Origin: the human T2T-CHM13v2.0 reference genome, Homo sapiens
Strand: one strand, 5' to 3'
DNA length: 64,000 nt
Assembly (NCBI RefSeq): GCF_009914755.1
Contig: NC_060941.1
The notes below the pieces were generated by a model, which saw nothing but the letters and a program-made list of their open reading frames with translations, was not told the origin of the DNA and ran no database searches. Made by a program: the position numbers and the translations under genes. Positions 45,885 through 64,000 of the stretch are shown one piece after another; position 1 is the first letter of the stretch, and every line of letters starts with the position of its first letter.

Positions 45885-46778
45885 CTTTTTTTTTTTTCAA
45901 GATGGAGTCTCGCTTTGTCACCCAGGGTGGAGTGCAGTGGCGTGATCTCGGCTCACTGCAACCTCCACTTCTTGGGTTCAAGTGACTGTCCTGCCTCAGC
46001 CTCCTGAGTAGCTGGGATTACAGGTGTGCGCCACAATGCCCAGCTTTTTTTTTTTTTTTTTTTGAGATGGAATCTCTCTCTGTCGCCTAGGCTGGAGTTC
46101 AGTGGTATGATCTTGGCTCACTGCAACCTCCACCTGCTAGGTTCAAGCAATTCTTCTGCCTCAGCCTTCCCCAGTAGCTGGGACTACAGGCACGCACCAC
46201 CATGCCCAGCTAATTTTTTTTTTTTTTTTGTATTTTTAGTAGAGACGAGGTTTCCCCATGTTGGCCAGGCTGGTCTTGAACTCTTGACCTCAGGTGATCC
46301 GTCCACCCCTGCTTCCCAAAGTGCTGGTATTACAGGCGTGAGCCACTGCGCCTGGCCAAATATTTTTTTTGAGACAGAGTTTGAGATAGAGTTTCACTCT
46401 TGTCGCCCAGGCTGGAGTGCAGTGGCGTGATCTAGGCTCACTGCAACCTCTGCCTCCCAGGGTCAAGCGATTCTCCTGCCTCAGCCTTCTGAGTAGCTGG
46501 ATTACAGACAGGCACCACCACGCCTGACTAATTTTTGTATTTTTAATAGAGACAGGGTTTTTGCCCTGTTGACCAGGCTGGTCTCAGATTCCAGACCTCA
46601 GGTGATCCACCCGCCTTGGCCTTCCAAAGTGCTGGGATTACAGGTGTCAGCCACCGTGCTCGGCCGAATTTTTTCATCATGTTGGCCAGGCTGGTCTTGA
46701 ACGTCTGACCTCAAGTGATCCGACTGACTCGGTCCCCCAAACTGCTGGGATTATAGGCATGAGCCATGACGCCTGGCC
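45885..46778 (-). mobile_element. Nested cluster of three antisense Alus
   Basis: Outer Alu right arm 45885-46045 and left arm about 46667-46778 enclose two full Alus. Outer TSD TACAGCA(C/T)TTT. Confidence 0.85.
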
Positions 46779-47659
46779 CATACAGCATTTTCTAATTAGT
46801 GTCCTGCCTCTTTCCCAAGAAGCTTTGCTTTTTTCTTTTTTTCTTTCTTTTTTTTTTTTTGACTTTAGCAGTTAGTGTACACAGAGTCAATTCATTAATA
46901 GACACCTCATGGAGGCACCTAGAGGACCTCGGCAAAGGTGAAGAAGTACTGGGAATGCAGCCATGAATCCAACTGTGTCCTCAGTGGAATTTAGCACAGT
47001 ACACAATTCAGTGTGTATCCTGCAGCTTCTCCCCGACAGTGATTGATGTCTTTATGAAATGTTAGTAACCAAGGCAAGGCAAGTAACCAGGCAATCAAGG
47101 CAAGCGAAAGCATCTTCTAGAAGCAAATGTCGTGGGCTGTGCGGTTTTGCTTTACCCCGTCCTGCTGCATTATTCATGAGTACTGTCTCTACATTCCCCC
47201 GTCTGGAACTTTAATACAACCTCAACACTCTGGGAAGATATTCTTGTATATGCACTAAAATTAGGATTTTACCTTCCCATGTGCAATTCAATATCTTCAT
47301 TTTTCTCAAATGACTTTTGCTGCATTGAGGGAAATAAAATTCTGTGTATTACACAATATTTGTTTAAGCTCTCCTAGAGACCTAACCGGTTTTGGAGATG
47401 CTTGGAATGTTAACCTTTTTTATATCTGAGACTTCCTTCTATCAAAAAGTCCCATATCCTACTGAGAAATATCTCTAAGGTATTTATATCCTAGGGAAAG
47501 TTAGAGATAATTTGCAATGAGTAACTACCATTTCCCTGGGGAAAAATAATGTTAAGTTTCTTTCTGTTTTTGCTTTTTCCTCCCAATAAATCTTGTACAT
47601 AAATTCTAAATGTTATCATTCAGAGTGGACACCACACTCCAGACCCTTAAGATAATCAG

Positions 47660-47722
47660 CCCTTCCTTCCTTCCTTCCTTCCTTCCCTCCCTCCCTCCCT
47701 CCCTCCTCCCTTTCTTCCTCCC
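47660..47722. repeat. (CCTT)n/(CCCT)n polypyrimidine repeat
   Basis: Seen directly. Confidence 0.9.
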
Positions 47723-48034
47723 TGCTGTAGCTACTGATAAGTTCCTTTCACTGCTTTCCAGAGAAAGCCCTGCTGGAATCTCACCTTCGTGTTTCAAGAC
47801 CTTGGCCAGCATTTTTCAAAGCCTATTCCAAAGAACCAGCAAGCACCAACAAAACATTCCCTGCTGGAGCACTGTATATTACATGACATTTGTAGACAGC
47901 ACAGTGTCTATTAACACATTAAAGACTTCAAGAAGTCCTACATTAAGAAATCTGTGTGACTGTTTAACCCAACATAGCGCAGATCCACATAACCTCTTTA
48001 CTTAGGTTTGTTTATTTTACTACAATCACCATAA

Positions 48035-48250
48035 CAAGTGTTGGCAGATTTTCCCTGTTAAGGGCCACGTAATAGGATCAGGGGTCAGTTGGTCTCAGTC
48101 ACAACTATTCAACTCTACCATTGGGCTAAAGAGGCCTTCAACACTTTGTAAATGAATGGGCATGGCTGTGTCCCAACAAAAGTTTATTATATGAAAACAG
48201 GCTATAAGCCAGATTTGGCCCATGGGCAGCAGTTTGTCAACCCCTGACCT
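48035..48250. mobile_element. MER58-like hAT relic
   Basis: GTTGGCAGATTTTCC..AAGGGCCA...GGGCAGCAGTTTGTCAACCCCTG. Confidence 0.7.
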
Positions 48251-49074
48251 AGAACATCCTACAATATGTCCCACAGAACATACTTTGGAAAATGCTGTGC
48301 TGGGCCCTACACTCGGTCACTCAAGAATTTCTTGCCAAGGACTGGGCACCATAATAAGACAGCAGTCAACAAGAGACATGTTCTCTGAACTCATGAACTC
48401 TGAACTGTCATGCCCTCCTGAACTACACAGACAAGCAAGCGGTAGACTTTATAACAAGTAAAGTTATTAATGAACAAGGATAAGTCGTCAAAGAGCCCAG
48501 AGAGAAACTCAGTGCTGTGAGAGTCAGTGACAGGGATCACATTTAGATGAGGGGAGACAGTGGCAGTGATGTCAAAATCGGTGTCAGAAGGTGGAGGAGG
48601 CAGCAGTGCAGAGCCAGGGCGAAGGAGTAGCTGCAGCCAGGAAACACCTTGGTGTGGTCAAGGACATGGAAGAAAGCTGGTTGGCTGGATGCAGTTAGTG
48701 GGGCCAGGGAGGCTGTGCTGATCCAGGGAGTCCAAGGGGGCAGGGCCTGCAGAGCTTCCATGGCTCAGGTTTGGCCTCACCCAGTAACCACGAGAGTGGT
48801 AGCAACGCAGATGGAAAGACATAGAAAGATTAGAAATATGTCTTAGACAGAATCAGCTGGACTTAGTGACAGATTGGTTGTAGGGGAGGAGGAGAGGAAG
48901 AAGTCAAACACAACACCATGGTGTCTGGTTGGACAGGGCCATTTTCTGAGATGGGGAGGGCATAGATATGTTTAAAAGCTCTGTTTTGATTACTCCACAT
49001 CAGGATTTAAATAAAGTCCAAAGAATGGTCATGGTAATGACAATAACTGAGCAAAGTAATTTAATTTTTTAAGG

Positions 49075-49505
49075 TGTTAGAGTTCTCTAGAGAAGCAGAA
49101 TCAGTAGGATACTGGGGATAGTGGGGAGGGGAGAGAGATTTATTCTAAGCAGTTAGCTCAAGAGTATAGAAGCTAGCGACTCCAAAATCTTCAGGGTAAG
49201 CCAGCAGGCTAGAATCAGGAAAGAGTTGATGCTTTGAGTGTGAAGGCCGTCTGCTGACAAAATTCCTCTTCTTGGGCGAGGTCAGTATTTTTCTATGAAG
49301 GCCTTCAACTGATTAGATGAGGACCATCCACATGATTAGATGGTCCTCATCTAAGTAGACTTAATAAGTCTACTAATTTAAATGTTAACATTTAAATGTT
49401 AAGCTCATTTTAAAAAACACCTTCACGGAAACATCTAAAATAATGTTTGGCCAAATATCTGGGTACCATGCCTATCCAATTTGACACATACAATTAACCA
49501 TCACA
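49075..49505 (-). mobile_element. MLT2-like ERVL LTR
   Basis: GTTCTCTAGAGAAGCAGAATCAGTAGGA...GACACATACAATTAACCATCACA. Confidence 0.78.
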
Positions 49506-49744
49506 GAATGTATTAAAATCTTTAAATTACTTTTCTGTGGGGTGCTTTGTTGGTGAAGCAGGCTGGACAGGATTATTAAACATTCTGGGGGAAAGGTTGT
49601 ATTTATTTAAATCATGTGGAGTCTGAGGTGCTGTGAAATATGCAGGTGATGATGGCAGGCAGGCGGTTGCACAGCAAATCCGGAGCCGGGATCGGAGAGC
49701 AGAGCTTGAAACACAAATCTGGGGGTCGTCCATGATCCATGCCA

Positions 49745-49930
49745 TCTAATGGAGGTTCCTGAGATGATGGAAATGTTCTGTATCTGCGCTGCCTTCATGG
49801 CAGCCACCAACCACATGGGGTCTTGAGTCCCTGAAATACGGCTAGTGTGTCTGAAGACTGAATTTTTAATTCCAATTTTAATTTTAATTAAAATAGCCAC
49901 ATCGTGTGGCTGCTGTGTTGGAGAGGGCGG
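49745..49930. mobile_element. MER3-like MITE within an L2 relic
   Basis: GATGATGGAAATGTTCTGTATCTG...AAATAGCCACAT motif. Confidence 0.65.
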
Positions 49931-51414
49931 GCACAGTGATGGTATTTAAAGCTGTCAGAGTGGAGGAGAGCATTCGGGCCCTTGGTCTTAGGGAAGCAAA
50001 GAGAGGGAGGACTGAGGAACACACCTGGGGACCCCAGTGTTTGCCCACACAGGAACAAGAGACAAGGCCCTGCACTCCCATAAACACAGTGTTAGTACCA
50101 AGACCCCTGTGTAAACCAAGGCTCACAACATGCTGCTCTTTTTAGTAAAAGCAGAAATGTTTGCAACTCCACCTGCCAGTCCAGGGAGGTTATAAGGAAG
50201 CTGGTCTCCACCTGGTATTTTTTGGGTATGGGCAGAGAGAAAAAGAGAGAAAGTCTCTTATGAGGAAAGAAAACCAGGCCAGAAGAGGTTTGGAGTCCAG
50301 ATTTATAATATCTATGCTGCATAGAGACCTTAGATTATGTTCTCAGATACAGGAAGCCCCTGGGCTTATAGTACACAATAGCTGCTTTAAAAATGACAAA
50401 ACACTTGAGAAATTATCTACTCGAGCTAGTCAGCAAATACAGCAAATGAAAGGATTATCTACCAGAACTTGAGATGATAAATAATAAGAGACTACAAAAA
50501 AACTGTGTTTAAACATATTAAAGAGATAAAGGGAGCAATAGAAACCACAAGGAAGGAATGATTCTATTTAAAAAAGAAATTTGGAAAGAGAATCAAATAA
50601 CACTTCTAGAAATGAAAATGTGGAGTTAAAACCACAATGAGATGTGTCGCCAAACTGATCAGATGCAGGAGAAGAGAGAACTAATGAATTGGGAAATAAA
50701 TATAGGGAAATTACCCAGAATATAAAAGAGATGTTAAAAAAATAGAAAATATAATAGAGGGGTTGAGTTAGTATGTGTTCACCTTCAAGAAACCAGCAGT
50801 TGCTTAAACCATTAGTAGTTTCAGGATTGGTTCACCACTCAGTGTTTTAATCAGGGCCCCAGAGTGTCTCCTCTCCATGCTCACCATCTTTAATCTGTTG
50901 GCTTTTGTCCCCATACTTGTTCCTGTGTGGCTGGTTCCTTTTAGCTGCCAAACTTTAGACATCACTTCCACCTGCAGGGCAGGAAGAAGAAGAAGAGATA
51001 GGACAAGTCCCTCCTATTTTTTCCCTTTAAAGAATAAAAGTAAAAGGCTCCCCAGGTTCCTCTGGCTCATTGGCAGTACTCTGTTACATGGTCCCAGGCC
51101 GCAAGGGCATTTGAGGAAGGGAGCATGTAACATTTTTCAGCTTCTTTAGTGGGAAACCTGCAAGGGAGAGAGAGCTTGGGAATGACTGTTGGTCTATCTA
51201 ATACTGTCTGTCTCAGAGCTTAAGAGACATAGACAAAAATCAGACGATGGCCGTGCCCCATGCCCAGAGGGAATTCCAGATGAAAAGGATAGAAAGAATG
51301 GAGTGGAAACAATATTTGAAGATAAGACACCTGAAATTTTTCCAGAATGATGAAAGACAAGAGTTCACAGATTGTTCATTTATCTCAAGCAGGATGGATA
51401 CAAGAAAATACTCA

Positions 51415-51819
<405 letters not shown>

Positions 51820-52397
51820 CTAGCAGGAAATTATCAAAGGCTACAATAGACAAGTCACAGAAGAGGATCACAAGTGTCCAATAGACATTTTAAAAGACGT
51901 TCAATCTCATTAGTGATCAGGAAAATCTAAGCAGAAATAACAGTGAGATATAATTTGATAACCCTCAGAGGATGTGGGGAATCTAAGAAATGAGAAAGTG
52001 AAAGTAGTTCTCTTTCACTATTTCACTATTTCGCTATTGTAGAAAGTTCAACACCATGAACAGTGCTATGCCAGTATATTTCTGAAACAATAGACAGTTT
52101 TCTAGAAAAATATATATTTCTTCAAATATTGAATGTAAATATTTCTCCAAAACTTACTCAAAAAGAAGTAAAACTTTAACCATTAAAGGGGTTGAATTCA
52201 TACTTTAAAACATAGTCACACAAGCAAAAAATGTCCCAACAAATCTTTAAGAAACATATCCTATTGTGTATTTACAAGTCCAGGGAATTTAAAAAGGAGT
52301 GAGGAAACTTACACATCTGACCAGGGTGGAGTAGCAGGGATCTCCTTTCAGAAACAACAAAACTAACCAGTACCAACAGAGAGATCAGTAAGGATAA

Positions 52398-52860
<463 letters not shown>

Positions 52861-52969
52861 TTGCTTTTTAAATTTATTGTCTTTGTCTTAAGTTTTGTCT
52901 AAAGCACTACAGAAGTTAGCTGGGAAGAGAATGAGATCATGTTCTTAATTGTCAGAGTCAAGGATTTTA

Positions 52970-53452
<483 letters not shown>

Positions 53453-53629
53453 TTATACATGACACTTTTAAACTACACCCAGTCAGAACTGACAGCAGTA
53501 GTAATCCATAAATCTTCCATCAAGTTCTGTAGTTAGATTATGCAGGGAAAATTTTCTTATATGTATATATTCAAGTAAATAGCAGTTTCTGGGTGTAACA
53601 TATTAGCAAGCATGAGAACTTTAATTAAT

Positions 53630-54982
53630 TTATTTTTATAATTTCAACTTTTACTTGAGATTCCGGGAGTACATGTGCAGGTTTGTTACATGGGTATATG
53701 GCATGCTGCTGAGGTTTGGGGTATGATTGATCTTCTTACCCAGGTAGTGAGTATAGCACCCAGTTGTTTTTCAGCCCTTGCCTCTCTTCTTCCATTCCCT
53801 CTCTTGTAGTCCCCAGTGTCTATTGTCCCATCTTTATGCCCATGACTACCCAGTGTTTAGCGTCCTCTTGTAAGTGAAAACATGCAATATTTGGTTTTCT
53901 GTTTCTATGTGGGTTAGCTTAGGATTATGGCCTCCAGCTGCATCCATGTTGCTGCAAAGGACATCAGTTCATTCTTTTTTATGGCTGTGTAGTATTCCAT
54001 GGTGTTTATATGTACCACATTTTCTTTTTTTCTTTTTTTTTTTTGAGACAGAGTCTCTCTCTGTCGGCAGGCTGGGGTGCAGTGGCGTGATTCTAGCTCA
54101 CTGCAACCTCTGACTCCCTGGTTCAAGTGATTCTTCTGCCTCAGCCTCCTGAGTAGCTGGGATTACAGGCACGTGCCACCATGCCCAGCTAATTTTTATA
54201 TTTTTAGTTGAGACAGGCTTTCACCATGTTGGCCAGGGTGGTCTCGATCTCTTGACCTCGTGATCCGCTTGCCTCGGCCTCCCAAAGTGCTGGGACTACA
54301 GGCATGAGCCACTGCACCCAGCCAAACACATTTTCTTTATCCGGTCCACCACTGATGGACACCTAAGTTGATTCCATGTCTTTGCTATTGTGAGTAGTGA
54401 TGCAGTGAACATACATGTGCATTTGTCTTTTTGGTAGAATGATTTATTTTCTGTTGGATATATACCCAGTAATGGGATTACTGGGTTGAATGGTAGTTTT
54501 GTTTTAAGTTTTTTGAGAAATCTCCGAATCGCTTTCCACAGTGGCTGTACTAATTTACATTCCCACCAACAGGGTATAAGCATTCCCTTTTCTCCTCAAC
54601 CTCACCAGCATCTGTTATATTTTGACTTTTTATTTTTATTTTTTATTTTTTATTTTTTTGACATAGGGTCTTGCCCTGTCGCCCAGGCTGAAGCACAGTG
54701 ATATGATGATAGGTCATGCAGCTTTGAACTCCCAGGCTAAAGTGATCCTCCCACCTCAGCCTCCCAAGTAGCTAGGACTACATGCATGTGCCACCATGCC
54801 CAGCTAATTAAAAAAATTTTTTTTGTAGTGATGCATTCTCAACATGTTGCCTAGGCTGGTCTTGAACTCCTGAGATCAAGCAATCCTCCCACCTCAGCCC
54901 CTTAAAGTACTGAGATTATAGGTGTGAGCCACCGTGCCCAGCCTGACTTTTTATCAGTAGCCATTCTGACTGGTGTGAGAGG
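53630..54982 (-). mobile_element. L1P 3' end interrupted by two antisense Alus (about 54022-54323 and 54630-54943)
   Basis: L1 3'UTR/ORF2 tail (ORF 54296..54583 - is ORF2-like). Alu TSDs CACATTTTCTTT and TGACTTTTTAT. Confidence 0.85.
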
Positions 54983-55377
54983 ATGCAATCTTTAAAAGTG
55001 AAGTTCTGCAGCGTTTCCCAGATCTTAGAAAGTGTTCCTCCTCGGCCACCATGTAAGGAAAGCGTCTTAGCCAGCCCAATTGCAAGTGTGAGCAATTCCC
55101 CACAGAAAGAATTTGGTGAGGGAGAATATGTGACATCGCTGTTGTAAAAACAGTCAGAACGTGTGTCCCCAGGACTGCCATGTCTGTACCGGGCCGTTTA
55201 GTCCATGAAGGTTGTTGCTCACTGAGTGCCAGCATGCCCACCGGGACAGCAGCTGCACACACAGACTGGGTGCTGCAGGCTCCCTCTAGGGAGGTCACCA
55301 CAAAGCGATTCCTGAGGCGTGACCACACCTACTCTGCAGTCTGAACTTGATGAGCTATACTGAAATAGCTAATTTGA

Positions 55378-55677
55378 GGCTGGGCACAGTGGCTCACACC
55401 TGTAATCCCAGCACTTTGAGAGGCTGAGGTGGGCAGATCACCTTAGGTCAGGAGTTTGAGACCAGCCTGACCAACATGGAGAAGCCCTGTCTCTACTAAA
55501 AATACAAAATTAGCCGGGTGTGGTGGTGCATGCCTGTAATCCCAGCTACTCAGGAGGCTGAGGCAGGAGAATCCTTGAACCCAGGAGGTGGAGGTTGTGG
55601 TGAGCCAAGATCACACCATTGCACTCCAGCCTGGGCAACAAGAGCGAAACTCGATCTCAAAAGAGAAAAAAAAAAAA
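55378..55677 (+). mobile_element. Alu
   Basis: TSD AGCTAATTTGA. Confidence 0.92.
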
Positions 55678-56056
55678 AGCTAATTTGAGCTGATTACATG
55701 AAAAGCACTTTTTTTCATATTTACTATGTCTACTTACTATTTACCCATTCTAGGCATTTTCCATGCATGGATTTATTGAACCCTCATGGAGGTTCTGCAA
55801 AATGAATACACTGTACAGGGGGAAACTGAGGCACACAGCTCCTAGGCAAGAGGCAAGTCCAGGCAGGCAGCTCCAGAGCCCATGCCCTCAACCATGGTGA
55901 CAGTTGTGTCCACCCTCTGGCTCCTAAAACACAATTTATTCATGGTATAATCGAGCACATGCCCTATTATATTGTAATTTATCTGATCATATGGCAAATC
56001 TCCCCCCACCACCTCCGCAAGACCACGAGCTCCCAAGAGCAAGAAGTTTTATCTTG

Positions 56057-56770
<714 letters not shown>

Positions 56771-57939
56771 AGCCAATATTTTCCAAACCAAGTTCATTTT
56801 CATCCTGGCTGGAGCCTTTTTCTCTTCCATCTGATTTGTTCTGTCTTCAGCATCCCACGAATTGGATACTTACTCCATGCTAATCCATCCCATGGCTGTC
56901 CACACCAAACCACATGGGAGGATGATTTCCCTGTATCAGAGCTGACATACCATTACAAAGGCTACTCGGCTTCTGGATCTACACTTCCTCAGTAGCCTTG
57001 AGGTTCAGAATCAGCTTCAGATGCACAGTAGAAGCATTCTCCTTGTCAGATGAACAGTGCAGAAGATTCTGGAGGGCTCACTGGCAACCTGTCATGGCAG
57101 GTTGTGATGGGAAGGGGCCCATGGGGGCTTCTGGGATGCAGATAGTGTGCTACTTTGTGATCTGGGAGGTGATTATATATATTTGCTTTATAATAACTCA
57201 TTAAATTATGAATTTATATTTTATATATTTTTCAAATGTATCTTGTGTTTCACAATGAGTAGTTATTAAAAGATTGGAAGTAATTATAAACATCTAGATG
57301 GATTCTGCAGTTTGCTTCATAACTGTCTTTAAATTTTTGCTCCACTTGAAAATTTTTAAAAAGTAAATTAGGGCTTTCTGGACTGTCTATTTTGGGTCTG
57401 GCTTTTGCAAGAAACATGGCATCAAGCCCTCAACCTTGGACCATGCTCAAATAAAAGGCCTAGGTTCAAATCATTGGATGGGCAAATGAGTATGTATAGT
57501 TGTATATTTCAGGTTAAAATGAAAAATATAAGATTGAAATGGAAAATATATATTATTTTCTGTGGTTACCCACTTTAGGCTGTATTTTTGTCTAGATACA
57601 GTGGGAACTCTGCTAAATTCACCTTTTATGTAAATTGGAAATTTTACTTAGAAAGGCCTACTTTAGCACTATGTAGGGGGAAGAAAGCACCTTCTAGGCT
57701 GAATGCTACCCAGAGACCCTCCCCCCAAGCACCTATGCTTCAAAATTGCCTCCAGCACCCACTGTCAAGCCTCCCAGCCCATCCCCACCCTAGCATCTCA
57801 CTTGCTATCTCCCTGTGGGTTTTCAGTTTCTTGTTTGGAAAATTATTGGGTGAATTAATATCTTTTGGAAGAATTTGTGTCCACATTACAAAAGTTATTC
57901 CATAAATGATTTGATTTTTTGGTGGTGGTTTTAGTTGTG

Positions 57940-60940
<3,001 letters not shown>

Positions 60941-62264
60941 TTCAAACAAATGTCATGCATTATAAGATTATTCCTAATACAGCATACTCTCTTCTGACAT
61001 GTGCAAAATATTTCTTCACAAATTCTCAAATGTGATGTTAACAATGTATCAAATATTTTTAGTTCAACTATTATGAAGTTCAAGCATGTAAGATAGTCTG
61101 TGTATAACTGTGAATATTGATTGGACTTCTGAGTCCTCTCTGAGTTTAAAGACACCCTTTCCCATCATACAGAGGAAAGCTTGCCATCTCTCTTGGGTTT
61201 GTAGGCATCCCTTCTTTGCCCAGAGCTCATCTATCCCCCAAATAGCATGCCCAGTTCTTCATCACTTGCTTTCTGTAAGTCATGTTATCAAACCTTCATG
61301 GTAAGGATTTTAGCTTGCCAGGCTTCAGTCTGTGTGTAGTCATGGCTAGAGCAGTGTGGGTAGAAGGAGACTTTCTATCCTTGTATACTGTGAAAGTGTT
61401 TTTTTTTTTTAATTGTTCTAGGTGTACCTGCATGGAATGTTTCACTCCTTTCCCACACCTTTCTCATGACTAATGATATGCTGATAATTTTTTAGCATCA
61501 CCAGGAAGCAGAATAGATGAAGTCTGTTCAGATGTTGAATCAGGGGACCATTGTGCTAAGTTCAGCCTTACTTTTCCATGGTATCTCTGCTTCTGGCTTT
61601 ACGTCAGGATCCTTTCCTACTATTCTCTTGTAACCACAGAGGAATCCAAATTCAATCCCAAAGTTCATTATTAAATATGTCCAGTGACACAAATTTCAGA
61701 AAAGCTTGGATGAGTGCCTGACAGGATGCCCTTGCCCCTCCCTTTCTGGGCTGGACCTTATGCGTGCTCAATACAAGCTTACTTGCAAAATGAACAAAAA
61801 TAAATCAATCAGTAAAAACCAGCAAATTAGCAAAAAATCACCAAACTGACAACAACAACAACAAAAAACACATTAAATGGTAACACTTAATGCTGGTAAA
61901 ATAAATGGTTGCATTCGAAATTGGTTCAAGACTTTCATGATAATCCCACTCTTAGTAATTTATCTTGAGGGACTAGTTCGACAGAAGAAAATACTGCACA
62001 AAGATGCTGATCGCAAAGTCTGTGGTGGTGACGAGGTGAGCGTACACTGCACACTATGTCCCTTGTGGACAGCAGTTTTCCTGGTCAGTGCACATCCACT
62101 AGAATGGCAGCCCGCACAATGGCACAGCAGCACGGGGACCCGGGTGTGAAATGCTCAGCCCACATAATAGCACATGCACTGTGCTGGGAGCCTGGGGAAT
62201 TAGAAATGTGGATCAAAATGTAATTTAAAAACTTGGAAATCATCTTAATCGTTAAATTATGGGT

Positions 62265-62454
<190 letters not shown>

Positions 62455-62724
62455 TAAAATGCTGTCATACGGTTAAAAGATGAAAGTGGCAGGAGGGCAG
62501 GTCTTCCGTTTTTGGAAAGGGGTAGTATCTCCTGAGTAAGTGGGAGAAAAAGTCTTTTCTTTTAACTCATCACATTCAGCTCCACCTGTGCTGGTCTTCA
62601 CATTCCATCTGTGTAGGTGGAGGGTTTCCAGGCAGCGTAAGACCTAACCTGGATTGAAGTCCCTGAGGGGAAGGGTCCGTAATGTCCTGCCTTGTGCTCT
62701 GTCCCCCATGCACTTCCCCTGCAG

Positions 62725-62816
62725 GAGCTCACAGCAAGGTGCTGAACACAGACCGGCCTGACTGGTAGAGCATGATGCAGTATGTGGCCCAAATCTACAA
62801 GTACTTTCGGACGTAA
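62725..62816 (+). pseudogene. SPECC1-like terminal coding exon with 2-nt insertion (62731-62732) and premature TAG (62766-62768)
   Basis: CCCCTGCAG acceptor. Reads EL/[26 protein letters not shown] vs SPECC1 [29 protein letters not shown]. The homologous stop TAA is at 62814-62816. Confidence 0.93.
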
Positions 62817-64000
62817 CCCATGAGGGCCTGCAGCAGCCACCACTGCCACCCACTGCAATTTGTCCTGGAAGCACCTGATTACTGCCCACTGACCCTGCTC
62901 TGCCCATCACCCAGCTAGATGGACTTCAAAGGCAGGCTCAATCCTAGTGGACCAACACCCAAATAAGAAACAGAGTATACCTGTTTCAAATGCAAACACA
63001 GCTAGAGTGTAAATTGGGGACGCTTTGCTCTTCCGTGGGACACTTCTAAAGAGGGCAGCCTCCCTTCTTCCAGACCAAGACCCCACCCACAGGCTTGTTT
63101 TGCTAATTACATTGGGGTGAAGGAACACATCATCTGCACAGAGCTTCAAACAAACAGCCTCTCCAAATTAGTCTCTTTTTTTGCTAAAAAATACCCTGGC
63201 TTTTGCCTTTATAAAAACTTTGCCCTTGGCTGAGTGTGGTAGCGCTCACACCTATAGTCTCAGCACTTTAGGAAGCCAAGGCAGGACTGCTTGTATCCGG
63301 GAGTTGGAGGCACGGTCAAGTATGATCAAGCCACTGCACTCCAGCCTGGGTGACAGCAACAGAGCGAGACTACGTCTCTAAAAAAACAGCAACAACAACA
63401 ACAACAACAAAACTTTGCTCTTGGGAAGCTTGTGCTTTCTCTTATCCAAAAAACACACAAAAAAACACACACAGAAACAAACATTTGCTTCAGGGCAATC
63501 TGGAAACACATGGGCCCTGCCTTTCAGGAAATATGAGAATTCTAGGTAACAATGTTAACACCTAGAACTTGATAACATTTTTAGCTCTCATAGTCCTTTA
63601 TTTGATTCATTGTAGCGAAAGGAAAGCCTGTGATAATGCAAGGGAGGCCCTGGCTGCTTTGCTGGAGTCCCTGGGAGGTGCCCCACACCTCTGCCACCAT
63701 AGTCTGTGTGCTCTGGAGCGGCCAGCCTCTTTCATGCTAAGGAACTCACGGTCCTCGTTGTCTTTGACCTCCGGTTCTTTAACACTCCCATTCACACCCA
63801 CACAGGCTTGTCCTCCACAGAACTTGACAGGAGGTCATGTTTGTGGGAATGGCCTGTGTCTGCTTTGCAGGGTTCAGCAGGCTGAGGGTGTGTGCCTCTG
63901 GGGACCCTGGGCTGACAGCAAATCCCAACAGTATTTCGGCTCTGGACTGACTTGGCCTTCAGTGCTTTCCCAGGCCTCTTACATCAGCATGGGAAAAAGA
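62817..64000 (+). other. Probable remnant of the SPECC1-like 3'UTR (interrupted by an Alu monomer)
   Basis: Unique sequence directly after the homologous stop codon. Its extent is inferred, not aligned. Confidence 0.55.
63228..63410 (+). mobile_element. Old Alu monomer (FAM/FRAM-like) with (CAA)n tail
   Basis: TSD AAAACTTTGC(C/T)CTT. Confidence 0.8.

Noticed and set aside
57395-57440. CTGGCTTTTGCAAGAAACATGGCATCAAGCCC resembling the LAF...GIKPS exon
   Set aside because: Needs several gaps, lacks splice sites, and is far more diverged than the genuine remnants. Not supportable without an alignment.
61260-61306. ATCAAACCTTCATG|GTAAGG resembling the end of the GIKPSL exon with a donor
   Set aside because: Upstream sequence does not match the expected exon and no acceptor is placed correctly.

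Overview
Hominid (very probably human) genomic DNA: repeat-dense, mostly intron-like, with no intact protein-coding gene. The organising feature is an unprocessed (intron-containing) pseudogene of SPECC1 (cytospin-B) on the + strand. Six colinear exon remnants are readable at 7409-7553, 9008-9107, 17172-17253, 19258-19439, 22477-22579 and 62725-62816, the last followed by a 3'UTR-like tail. Five of the six carry frameshifts and/or premature stops, and one has a destroyed splice acceptor. The two exons encoding the core of the C-terminal calponin-homology domain could not be found. SPECC1 comparisons use the human protein sequence recalled from memory, not an alignment run here. The rest is transposable-element sequence: many Alus (some nested or rearranged), old L1s including a twin-primed 5'-inverted L1, a full-length SVA with an atypical hexamer head, a solo LTR2, a deleted THE1D, MST/MLT/MER21 LTRs, MIR/L2, and DNA-transposon relics (MADE1, MER3, MER58, MER91). 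Repeat subfamily names are by-eye calls and their boundaries are approximate. I found no convincing novel multi-gene system. The best leads are the pseudogene's history and possible transcription, the SVA head variant, an L1-retrocopied LTR poly(A) fragment, and a triple-hairpin templated-insertion scar.
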